A stretch of 64,000 bases of DNA from an archaeon GW2011_AR15 (GTDB lineage: Archaea > Nanobdellota > Nanobdellia > Woesearchaeales > GW2011-AR15). Location: NCBI GenBank assembly GCA_000830295.1, contig CP010425.1, forward strand, positions 768,001 through 832,000, given 5' to 3'. Positions 55,583 to 64,000 of the stretch are shown piece after piece. The notes beneath the pieces are model-generated. The model searched no databases, had not been told where the DNA came from, and saw only the letters and a program-made list of their open reading frames with translations. Within the stretch, counting starts at the first letter, position 1; the number at the start of each line of letters is the position of its first letter. The position numbers and the translations under genes were made by a program.

Positions 55583-57730
55583 TTATTCTATATATAGGCC
55601 GATAGTGCTTATTATTTTGCCGAACCCAAGCTTCTGGTTTTCAAAGTCATCTATTTTTACCCATACTCTGCCAGATCTCAGAATCTGGTGGTTTATGCTG
55701 AACCTGTATACAATCCACTTCTGATGCCCTGATATGGTAACTCCGCCGATATTGAACCATTCCCTATTATCATAGCTGAGGAATATCTTTATTGGCCCGG
55801 ATTTCGCCTGCCCGAAAGAGTTGTCCCAGATTTTTATTTTCAGCACAAGGTCAATTTTCTTTTCAAAACAAGTCCCGGGAGTCTTTAGCACGATGCCGGC
55901 CCACCCGAGGAATGCCCTTGCATTTTCCCCGTGCATTATATTATCTTTTCCGCCGTAGCACATGCTTTCTGCCGGAGTTTTTATTACCCATGAGCCCAAC
56001 GGCTCGTGGCTAAGCTCGCTTTTTCTAATGCCAAGATGGACAGTATCAACAGTTTTTCTTTCTTCAATAAACCTTTTGATTTTGCTGTAGATCGGATTCT
56101 GTCTTTCTGGTTTTGCCAGTAGGGGCTGGGGAGCCTGCGCTGCTGCTTCCACTGTCTTTTCCGGCATTTGTGTTGGCTCTTCTTTTTCTCCGGACAGGAT
56201 GCTTTCAGGGTTGGGATGGTATAATGTTCCGTCAATATCAGCAATCTGCTTCTTGAAAAAGTCAAATTTTTCCTCAAATGACGGCTCGCTGCCGCCCCCT
56301 TCCAATGCCAGCATGGTCGCTTCCTTGGCTTCCTTGAGGTTGGTCTCAAGCATTGGGATGTCAAGCTCTTTTAGCAGGGCCAGCATCCTTTTTGTCCTGT
56401 CCTTCCTGACCTCATATGTGTTTTCCCCGTTGTCAGAAACCCAGTGTATGTGCCTGAAGGCTTCATCCAGTATCTTTATGCCGAATTCCTCGCGCTTCTC
56501 ATAGACATCTGTATCGTCTATAAGGTGAAGCATGTTCACGGATTTGACTGCTGTGAGGTATTTCCTGTTCTTTCTTATGAAATCCAGAGTCATCTGGAAC
56601 TCTTCCTCTCCCTCTCCCGGATAGCCAATCATGGTGAAAATGAAGATAGGGATGCCCACTTCATGGGTTCTCTTTAATGTCCCCTCTATTATTTCTCTTG
56701 TGTATGGTTTCCTCATGTTCCTCAGCACTTTGTCTGAGCCGGATTCAACGCCATATTCAATCTTGTAGCACCCTGATTTCTTCATTTTTGTAAGGAGCTC
56801 TGTCGTCATCCTGTTGGAAGGTATTGCCTGGCCGAACCATTTTATTTTTAGATTTTTCTGGAGTATGAGGTCGCAGACCTTTTCGAGCTTCTTTATATCC
56901 CCATTGAAAGTCGGGTCAGTTACAGTGAACTTTGTAATCCCGTTATTCCTGACATGGTATTCAATCTCTCCCACAATGTTCTCCGGCTCCCTGTACCTGT
57001 AGCCCTCCCACAGTCCTTTTATCTTGCAGAAAGCGCAGTTGGCAGTGCATCCTCTTGACCATTCAAGAGTGAGGGATTGCGTTGTATATTGTGTTAAGTC
57101 AAATCCCCTGTAGGTCGGGAAGGGGAATTCATCAACATCTTCTTTGTGGGGCCGCGGCGAATAGCTGGAATATTTTCCGTTCTTGTGAGTGATCAACCCG
57201 GGTATGTTTTCAAGGGGCTTTCCTTTTTTGCATGCATCAAGAATATCGAGGAGGGTATCTTCCCCTTCATTTACAACATAGGCATCCACAAGATTAGGAA
57301 GCCTCTCCACAAATATCTTCCTTGAATCTTCGGTTGAGCAGGCAGGCCCGCCGAGGAGTATTATTTTTTCCGGAATCTTCTCTTTTATCCTCTTGATAAG
57401 CTCGATAGTTATCCTTTCCTTTGGGTCAACCACAGAAAAACCGACGATTGTTGCATTGCTGTCAAGAATCCTTCTGGCTGCGTAATCAATCAGCTGGTTG
57501 ATGTGCTGTTTAAGTATGTCAAAAGTATAGTCGTTCCTCCAGAAATTTTTGTTCTCGAAATGCCAGAGGTATTTCAGGGAATCATCTGTGTTGTTATGGA
57601 CATAAATATTGAAGTCAAATACCTCAACCCTGATTCCCTTTGATTCCAGGAAAGTAGACAGGTAGGCAATTCCTGTAGGAGGGTTGTCCACACCCCATGG
57701 AGGCGGGTTTACTAGGATAATATCTTTAAT
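55583..57730 (-). CDS. Cobalamin-binding radical SAM protein with a C-terminal beta-sandwich domain (probable ATT start)
   Basis: DIILVNPPPWGVDNPPTG, LGGP, NEGE, SRGCTANCAFC, GVESGS, IGYPGE; the homologous N-terminus extends 13 codons upstream of the track start. Confidence 0.9.
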   Translation of the reverse strand: MKDIILVNPPPWGVDNPPTGIAYLSTFLESKGIRVEVFDFNIYVHNNTDDSLKYLWHFENKNFWRNDYTFDILKQHINQLIDYAARRILDSNATIVGFSVVDPKERITIELIKRIKEKIPEKIILLGGPACSTEDSRKIFVERLPNLVDAYVVNEGEDTLLDILDACKKGKPLENIPGLITHKNGKYSSYSPRPHKEDVDEFPFPTYRGFDLTQYTTQSLTLEWSRGCTANCAFCKIKGLWEGYRYREPENIVGEIEYHVRNNGITKFTVTDPTFNGDIKKLEKVCDLILQKNLKIKWFGQAIPSNRMTTELLTKMKKSGCYKIEYGVESGSDKVLRNMRKPYTREIIEGTLKRTHEVGIPIFIFTMIGYPGEGEEEFQMTLDFIRKNRKYLTAVKSVNMLHLIDDTDVYEKREEFGIKILDEAFRHIHWVSDNGENTYEVRKDRTKRMLALLKELDIPMLETNLKEAKEATMLALEGGGSEPSFEEKFDFFKKQIADIDGTLYHPNPESILSGEKEEPTQMPEKTVEAAAQAPQPLLAKPERQNPIYSKIKRFIEERKTVDTVHLGIRKSELSHEPLGSWVIKTPAESMCYGGKDNIMHGENARAFLGWAGIVLKTPGTCFEKKIDLVLKIKIWDNSFGQAKSGPIKIFLSYDNREWFNIGGVTISGHQKWIVYRFSINHQILRSGRVWVKIDDFENQKLGFGKIISTIGLYIE

Positions 57731-60700
57731 TTTTTCTTCACCTCTGCTGGTTTTTTCTTTGCCTGCTCATCATAAAGATTCACGAGGGGAGTCTGCACGC
57801 CAAGTTCTTTGCAGAGTGCTGCTATCCTCTTTACCCTTTCTTTCCTTATCTCATAAGTGTTAGTCAGATCTGAAGTATGCCACTTGTAAAACCCGTCATT
57901 TTCATTAGGCACAACAATTCCTGCCTTTTCCGGCTCGGCTGTAAGATTTGTTCCTGCTATTAATAAACATGGAGTAAGGCTTGAAATCATCTTTATATAT
58001 TTGGCGTGGCTCTTTACAAAATCATAAGTTTCCATAAATTCTTTTTCGCCTTCACCAGGGTATCCGATTATAAGGTTTATGCCGATAGTTATTCCTGCAT
58101 TGTGCATCCTCGGCAGCAGGTCCTGCAGATGTTTCATCCTGTAGGGCTTGTTCATTTTCTCAAGCACGGTATCAGAGCAGCTTTCAACACCGAACACCAT
58201 CACTCTACAGCCGGCCATCCTCATTTTCCTCAAAAGCTGGTCTGACATTCTTGAGTTTACAATTCCCTGGGCAGACCAGTTTACCTCCAGGTTCCTCTTT
58301 ATTATATGGTTGCAGATCTCTTCCAGAGCCTTCAGATTCCCGTTGATGACAAGGTCCCTGAAATTAAAGCTGTTAACCCCGTAGTTTTTTATGTGCATCT
58401 CCATCTCATCCACGACATCCTTGGCAGGCCTTGCAGTGTAATTTGCCCTGTACATCCAGTCAAGGCAGAAATTGCATCTTGCGACACATCCCCTGCTGGC
58501 TATCATAGGAAGGGAATTTTCTTTGTATTTTTTCAGGTTAAATTCCATAAAAGTAGGAGATGCCAGTTCTCCAAGGTCCTTTTCAAAATGCCATGGATGC
58601 ATCTTCTCTTTTTCTTTTCTCGGGCCTAATTCCCCAGAGCTGTTGGCTTTTAACACAACCACGCCAGGCAAGTCTTCAATCGGCTGATTTTCTTTTAATC
58701 TTTGGACTATTCTCGGCATCATTAACTCCGCTTCCCCTATCACAGCGAAGTCAATATAATCCTTCATTTCAGACTGCCAGAAATAGCCATCGTCGCTGTT
58801 AGGGCCGCCTATGCATATCTTTAGCTCAGGATTGTTTTTCTTGAGGATCTTTGCCAGCATGCATGAAAAATTATAATTAGCAGCATTTACAGACAGGCCT
58901 ACAAGCACAGGCTTGTCATCCATGATCCGCTTTATCATATTGTTCATATATGGTTTATAATTCTGGAAGAGGTATTCGTGGAATTTTTCTTCAGACCATT
59001 TGAAATATTCCTCCATGTGCCATGCCCTCTTATCATTTTCAGGCGCAAGATTATAGAGGTCAATATTCATATCAAAGACTTCAGTTTTTACTCCGTGCTT
59101 TTTCAGGTTTGAAGCAAGGTATGCAATGCCGAGAGGAGGCATCAGGACATCCCACGGCGGGCACATGATGAGGAAGACGTCGGTTTTTCTCACTATCTCT
59201 TTTTCTTTATACCCGGCAAAAGCAGAGAGATTATCTTCATATACCTCAAGATTTAATTCTTTGGCAAGATTAAGTAATCTTCTTAATCTCCCTTTTCTTA
59301 TGCTGTCTGTATTAGTTCCGTCTTTTGTCCTCCACCTGACTTCAGCTACACTATTATCTTCAGGCAGGATAATCCCATATTCGTCTTTGTTTTCCATGAG
59401 TTCTGAGTTGTATACAACATTGCAGGTTTTTGCATTGCAAATTCTATCAATGTACTGCCTATTTCTTTTTATGAAATCAAGGGTCATCTGGAAATCCTCT
59501 TCTGTTTCCCCAGGATAGCCTACTATGAAGTTTGGCTGGGCATTAATCCCCATTTCATAGGAATATTTCAGAACTTTCTCTATTGTTTCAATAGTTGTGT
59601 ATTTTTTCATTGCTTTCAATATCCTATCAGATCCGGTCTCAACACCGAACATCAAAACATCACACCCGGCCCGCTTCATCTTTTCCAGCAATTTCTGTGT
59701 AAGATTTTTCATTGGTATGGCATTGGCAACCCACCCTATTTTCAACTTATGACTTATAATAAGATCACAGAATTTATTTAGTTCGGGTATATTGCCATTT
59801 ATCAGCAAATCACTAAAATTAAATTTAGTAATTCCTTTCTGGACATGATAATAAATCTCCTGGAATACCTGCTCAGCAGGCCTTACCCTGAACTTTCCCA
59901 TTATATTCACATCATTGCAGAAAGTACATTCTCCAATGCATCCTTTAGAAAAATAGAGGGCAATCCTCTCCTGGGCGATATAATCTTTATTGTAGTCTAT
60001 TTTCAGGGCTTTAGACTTGCTTAGGTCAAATGCTTCCCTTTCTTTAAACTTTCCTTCATGCCGGAAGATAAAAATACCGGGAATACCTGAAATTTCAAGA
60101 TAGGTTTTTTTTGCTTTTATAGCATCCACCAGTTCTATAATTGCTTCCTCTCCATCTCCAACCACAAAATAATCTATGGTTGACTTCCTGAATCTTTCCA
60201 GTTCTCTCTTTACAGAGCATGAAGGCCCGCCGACTACAATTTTTACATTATTATCAATATTCTTAATTAATTTAGCTAATTCTATGATCATTAATGTATT
60301 TTCCTGATAGGCGGAAAATCCGATAACTCTGGATGTCTGCACCAATTCTTTTGCAAATTCAACCAAATCCACCTTAAATCTCTTTTTTAATTCTTCAAAG
60401 AAAGGATATTCTGTCCAGTTGATTTTTAAATCCTGGTGCCAGTATTTCTGCAGGTCTTTATGGCGCCTATACAGCTTTAGATTTATATCACATATCTCCG
60501 CATTGAGTCCATGTGAAACCATATATTCTTTCAGGTAATTTACCCCAGTCGGCGGAGTATTCACTCCCCATACAGGGCAGACAACAAGTGCCAGATCCAC
60601 AGGTTCATTCTTTTTCTTGTCCTCCCCTGACTGCGATAGATTTGAGAAATACACATCATAGCCGAGCTCTTTTACAAATTCATACGCTCTTTTTGCCCTG

Positions 60701-62013
60701 TCTAACCTTACTTCATAAGTAAGCGTTCCGTCTGACCACGCTACAGGGTCAGTACTCGTTATTCCCAGCCTTCCGGAAGCAAGGCCTATAGGCGCTCTTT
60801 TGGGAAGAATGCAGGTATTGATGTTAGTTATACCTGTTATCACATCCCTGTTCCTTTTTATGAACTGGAGAGTCTCCTGGAACTCCTCTTCCGTCTCTCC
60901 AGGATAGCCGACTATAAAGTTTGGCTGCACATTGATTCCTGCCTCCCTTGTCCACTTCATTATCCTTTCTGCATCTTCTGCTGAAAACATCTCATACTTA
61001 TTCATCTTCTTGAGCACAGAGTTTGAGCCTGACTCAATCCCGAAATTAATAGTGTAGCAGCCGGCGTCCGCCATTTTGAAGAGAAGCTCTTTCGGCATGT
61101 CCTTTCTTGCAATGGCCAGGCATATCCATTTTATTTTCAGGTTGTTTCCGATTATCAGGTTGCATAATTTTTCCAGTTCTTCATAGTTTCCGTTTATTGC
61201 AAGGTCATGGAACCAAAAATGTGCAATCCTGTTTACATAGGCATGATATCTTAGTTCATTATAGACATCGACTGGGTCTCTTGTCCTGTGGTGGCCCTGG
61301 AACGGCTTGTCCTCACAGAATCCGCAGTTTGCTATGCATCCCTGTGAGAACCTCATGCCTATTGTCTTTTCAGTATATCTGGACAGGTCGAGTTCTTCAT
61401 AGGTAGGGAAGGGAAGTTTTTCCAGGTCAATAAGCTGTCTTGGAGCATATTTCTCAGGATATTTGCTTGATTTCAGACCTTTTATTTCTGATAGTTGCTC
61501 AATAGATTTTCCTCTCTTTATTCCCTGCATAAGCTCAAGAATTGTATCCTCTCCTTCCCCAACAACAAAAAAATCAGCATAATCCTTGTAATATTCCCTT
61601 TCTTCAGGCAGCCATACGCCCTTCCCGCCGAGGATTATTTTTATGTCTTTGTCTAGGAATTTTACAGATTTCATCAGCTCAAAGGAGTAGAAAATGCTTG
61701 CTGCGGATATTGAAAACCCAAGGGCAAGCGGTTTTTCATCCGCTATTCTTCTGGCGAGTTTCTCAAAATCAAACTTCAGCAGAGGCTTCAGCTTTTCAAA
61801 CCTGTCTTTCTCCATCCAGAAATGGGCTTTTTCGTTTATCCAGTATCCCTTATCCTTTGCCCGATGATATTCCTCTATATTCAGGTCCAGTATCTTTGTT
61901 GCTATGTCATTTACCCTAAGGTATCTGGAGATGGATGCCAGGCTCATCGGAGGCATGTTTATTCCCCATACAGGGCACTGAATCAGGAGTATATCCGGTT
62001 GTATGCATATCAC
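57712..62013 (-). CDS. Triple tandem cobalamin-binding/radical SAM protein (1433 aa)
   Basis: Three modules, each with CP.W...PP, GG[KP], G[ED][GA]E, GCxxxCxFC (CIANCGFC, CIGECTFC, CVARCNFC), G[IV]E[ST], GYPGE. Confidence 0.93.
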   Translation of the reverse strand: MICIQPDILLIQCPVWGINMPPMSLASISRYLRVNDIATKILDLNIEEYHRAKDKGYWINEKAHFWMEKDRFEKLKPLLKFDFEKLARRIADEKPLALGFSISAASIFYSFELMKSVKFLDKDIKIILGGKGVWLPEEREYYKDYADFFVVGEGEDTILELMQGIKRGKSIEQLSEIKGLKSSKYPEKYAPRQLIDLEKLPFPTYEELDLSRYTEKTIGMRFSQGCIANCGFCEDKPFQGHHRTRDPVDVYNELRYHAYVNRIAHFWFHDLAINGNYEELEKLCNLIIGNNLKIKWICLAIARKDMPKELLFKMADAGCYTINFGIESGSNSVLKKMNKYEMFSAEDAERIMKWTREAGINVQPNFIVGYPGETEEEFQETLQFIKRNRDVITGITNINTCILPKRAPIGLASGRLGITSTDPVAWSDGTLTYEVRLDRAKRAYEFVKELGYDVYFSNLSQSGEDKKKNEPVDLALVVCPVWGVNTPPTGVNYLKEYMVSHGLNAEICDINLKLYRRHKDLQKYWHQDLKINWTEYPFFEELKKRFKVDLVEFAKELVQTSRVIGFSAYQENTLMIIELAKLIKNIDNNVKIVVGGPSCSVKRELERFRKSTIDYFVVGDGEEAIIELVDAIKAKKTYLEISGIPGIFIFRHEGKFKEREAFDLSKSKALKIDYNKDYIAQERIALYFSKGCIGECTFCNDVNIMGKFRVRPAEQVFQEIYYHVQKGITKFNFSDLLINGNIPELNKFCDLIISHKLKIGWVANAIPMKNLTQKLLEKMKRAGCDVLMFGVETGSDRILKAMKKYTTIETIEKVLKYSYEMGINAQPNFIVGYPGETEEDFQMTLDFIKRNRQYIDRICNAKTCNVVYNSELMENKDEYGIILPEDNSVAEVRWRTKDGTNTDSIRKGRLRRLLNLAKELNLEVYEDNLSAFAGYKEKEIVRKTDVFLIMCPPWDVLMPPLGIAYLASNLKKHGVKTEVFDMNIDLYNLAPENDKRAWHMEEYFKWSEEKFHEYLFQNYKPYMNNMIKRIMDDKPVLVGLSVNAANYNFSCMLAKILKKNNPELKICIGGPNSDDGYFWQSEMKDYIDFAVIGEAELMMPRIVQRLKENQPIEDLPGVVVLKANSSGELGPRKEKEKMHPWHFEKDLGELASPTFMEFNLKKYKENSLPMIASRGCVARCNFCLDWMYRANYTARPAKDVVDEMEMHIKNYGVNSFNFRDLVINGNLKALEEICNHIIKRNLEVNWSAQGIVNSRMSDQLLRKMRMAGCRVMVFGVESCSDTVLEKMNKPYRMKHLQDLLPRMHNAGITIGINLIIGYPGEGEKEFMETYDFVKSHAKYIKMISSLTPCLLIAGTNLTAEPEKAGIVVPNENDGFYKWHTSDLTNTYEIRKERVKRIAALCKELGVQTPLVNLYDEQAKKKPAEVKKKLKILS

Positions 62014-62087
62014 CCTCAGCTACAGAATACTTAGGATTTTATATAATATACGAAAAACATAAATAAACTTAATTTAATTAAGTAGTC

Positions 62088-63953
62088 ATGGGGTTTTTTG
62101 GAGGTATTGTCTTAAAAGACAGGAATCTACCTGCCGGGCTGCTCACAAAACCGGAGAAAATCGGGGAGTTACGGTTCAGCGCCGGCAAAAAACTGGTCAA
62201 AAAGAGGAATTTGGCCGTATACTTATCAGGAAGCATAACAGACTTGTTTACAGAAGATTACAAGCTGCCGCTTAACCATCAGGAAGAGCTTATTTTGGAT
62301 ATGTATACCAGATATGGCGAGAAATTCATCAGATTCCTTGATGGTTATTTCGTAATTTTTGTTTATGATATTAAAAGAGGAGAGTTCTTTATATTTAATA
62401 ACAGGTATTCAAACACTTTTTGCTATTACTATCTCTCTGATGATTTTCTTGTTTTCTCTGATATGATTAAGCCCCTGCTTAAGCTAACCCCAAATAAAGA
62501 AGTCAATAAAGAGGTAATAAGCCTTTTCCTGAATTCAGGATTCTCTTTCTCTGAAAGAACCCCATTTAAGCATATCTACAGGATGATACCCGGCTTCTAT
62601 CTTAAATCAAAGAAAGGCAAAATAAGCCATGTCAGGTATTCAGGAATGGAGTTTAACAGGAGACCAGTTAAAGATGTGCCAAGGGCGCTGGAAGAGTACG
62701 AAAGACTATGGGTAGATGCCATAAAAAAATTTACAAAATATAATAAGACCGGGAATCTCGGAAGTGCGCTTAGCGGAGGCCTCGACACTTCATGGGTTGT
62801 GCTGGCAGCCTCAAAAGCATTTGACAAGCCGGTCCATACATACAACTGCTACTATGATTTCACTCTTTTTAATGAAATCAGACCTGCTTCTTATGTCACA
62901 AGAAAATGCAAAGGAAAATTCCACAAGATAAAGGTTTCTGAGGAGGATATAGATCTTTGGCCTGAGATAATAAGGGCTGCTGAGGAGCCAGTCATGTCAT
63001 CTTCTGTTTCCATATATAAAATGATAAGGGAAGCAGGGAAGGAAATCGATACTTTCCTCACAGGAGATGGGGGGAACAACATATATCACCACCTTTATCC
63101 GGTCGGGGAGATACATAGATATATCCACTTCCTGCCATATTTTGTCAGGAAAGCGATGTATGAAATTATTGATTTTACCGCAAATCTTACAAGCTGGGAA
63201 AGGCTATGGGAGCTGAAATATGCATTCCGCCCGTTTTCATATAAAAACCCCTATCGGAATTTCTATAAGAACCTGATATGCTACAGGCACTTCAGCCCTG
63301 AGCAGAGAGATAAGCTGCTTAACCCAGAGTTCCACGAGGAGTTTGATGAAGAAAAATCATTGGGCTATATCCCAATCAGGAAGGAAAGTTTTGATAATGA
63401 TCTTGTTGACAACAGATTCGTGCACGGGAATATGGAATATGTAAGCACATTCCAGGAGAAATTTGTAAAGAAATTCGGCATGAGGCTGTTCCCGCCATAC
63501 CAGAATAAGAAAATAATGGATTTTCTCTGCTCCCTTCCTTTTAATTTGTTATTCAGGGCCAACAGTCTTCAGAAGCTTACCAATAAAGCAAACAAGATGC
63601 ATTTCCAGAAGCTCTCTCTGTTAAGGTATTTCCCTAAGTCCTTTGTCTACAAAACAGGACAGCCCTTTGACCAGCCCTTTCACGGATGGCTGCAGAGAAG
63701 GCCTGAAGTCGTAAGATTGCTCTTCGAAAGATTGAAAAGAAGAGGATGGTATAATAATGATTATTTGGATGAACTTTACAGAGAGCATAGGAGACAGCGC
63801 CAGCATAAAAAAATACTCTGCCAGCTCCAGAACCATGGATACAGAATAATGACTCTGCTTGCTCTCGAGATATGGTGTATGGAATTCCTTGACAGGGACC
63901 CGGAAAAAGAAACCCAGAGGATGCCGCTTGAGGAGTATCTGAAAATAAGATGA
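62088..63953 (+). CDS. Asparagine-synthetase-like amide ligase lacking the glutaminase Cys
   Basis: N-terminus MGFFGG instead of MCG; SGGLDTS ATP motif; GDGGNN instead of GxGADE. Confidence 0.85.
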   Translation: MGFFGGIVLKDRNLPAGLLTKPEKIGELRFSAGKKLVKKRNLAVYLSGSITDLFTEDYKLPLNHQEELILDMYTRYGEKFIRFLDGYFVIFVYDIKRGEFFIFNNRYSNTFCYYYLSDDFLVFSDMIKPLLKLTPNKEVNKEVISLFLNSGFSFSERTPFKHIYRMIPGFYLKSKKGKISHVRYSGMEFNRRPVKDVPRALEEYERLWVDAIKKFTKYNKTGNLGSALSGGLDTSWVVLAASKAFDKPVHTYNCYYDFTLFNEIRPASYVTRKCKGKFHKIKVSEEDIDLWPEIIRAAEEPVMSSSVSIYKMIREAGKEIDTFLTGDGGNNIYHHLYPVGEIHRYIHFLPYFVRKAMYEIIDFTANLTSWERLWELKYAFRPFSYKNPYRNFYKNLICYRHFSPEQRDKLLNPEFHEEFDEEKSLGYIPIRKESFDNDLVDNRFVHGNMEYVSTFQEKFVKKFGMRLFPPYQNKKIMDFLCSLPFNLLFRANSLQKLTNKANKMHFQKLSLLRYFPKSFVYKTGQPFDQPFHGWLQRRPEVVRLLFERLKRRGWYNNDYLDELYREHRRQRQHKKILCQLQNHGYRIMTLLALEIWCMEFLDRDPEKETQRMPLEEYLKIR

Positions 63954-64000
63954 AAAAAATGAAAGTCATGTTTGTAATTTCTCCAGACAGCAACAAGGGG
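63950..64000 (+). CDS. Start of the next gene (truncated), possibly another B12/radical SAM or glycosyltransferase
   Basis: ATGA overlap with the previous stop; MKKMKVMFVISPDSNKG resembles a Rossmann-type first strand. Confidence 0.5.
   Translation, partial: MKKMKVMFVISPDSNKG

Noticed and set aside
1-64000. Prophage, transposon or anti-phage defence island
   Set aside because: No integrase, transposase, capsid, restriction-modification or recognisable defence genes were seen.

Overview
Chromosomal segment of a DPANN archaeon, most likely Woesearchaeota, judged from the archaeal topo VI, RpoE'/Spt4, S24e/S27ae/L35Ae, the L1-L10-L12 operon, SepF, a BHB-intron tRNA and class III-signal pilins. 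The first 35 kb is mostly housekeeping and accessory genes: four intact tRNAs plus a tRNA-Pro fragment, translation and transcription genes, Rad50, argG/argH, dnaJ, MoxR/DUF58 and several small ORFs missed by the ORF track. From 35.5 to 45.6 kb is a type IV pilus operon headed by an unannotated ribbon-helix-helix gene and containing a Cys-rich adhesin. From 45.7 kb to the window end is an unusual tailoring cluster: three glycosyltransferases (GT-C-like, GT4, GT2), two asparagine-synthetase-like amide ligases (one lacking the glutaminase Cys) and five radical SAM proteins with seven radical SAM domains, including a 1433-aa protein made of three tandem B12-binding/radical SAM modules. This cluster is the best candidate for an undescribed system. 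Other notable signals are tRNA 3'-end duplications sharing a short motif, a repeat-bearing AT-rich locus around a wHTH gene, a tandem pair of HIT proteins lacking the catalytic His, a poly-Asp micropeptide, a likely L1 autoregulatory RNA and probable non-canonical start codons. All family assignments come from motifs read by eye; no database searches were run.
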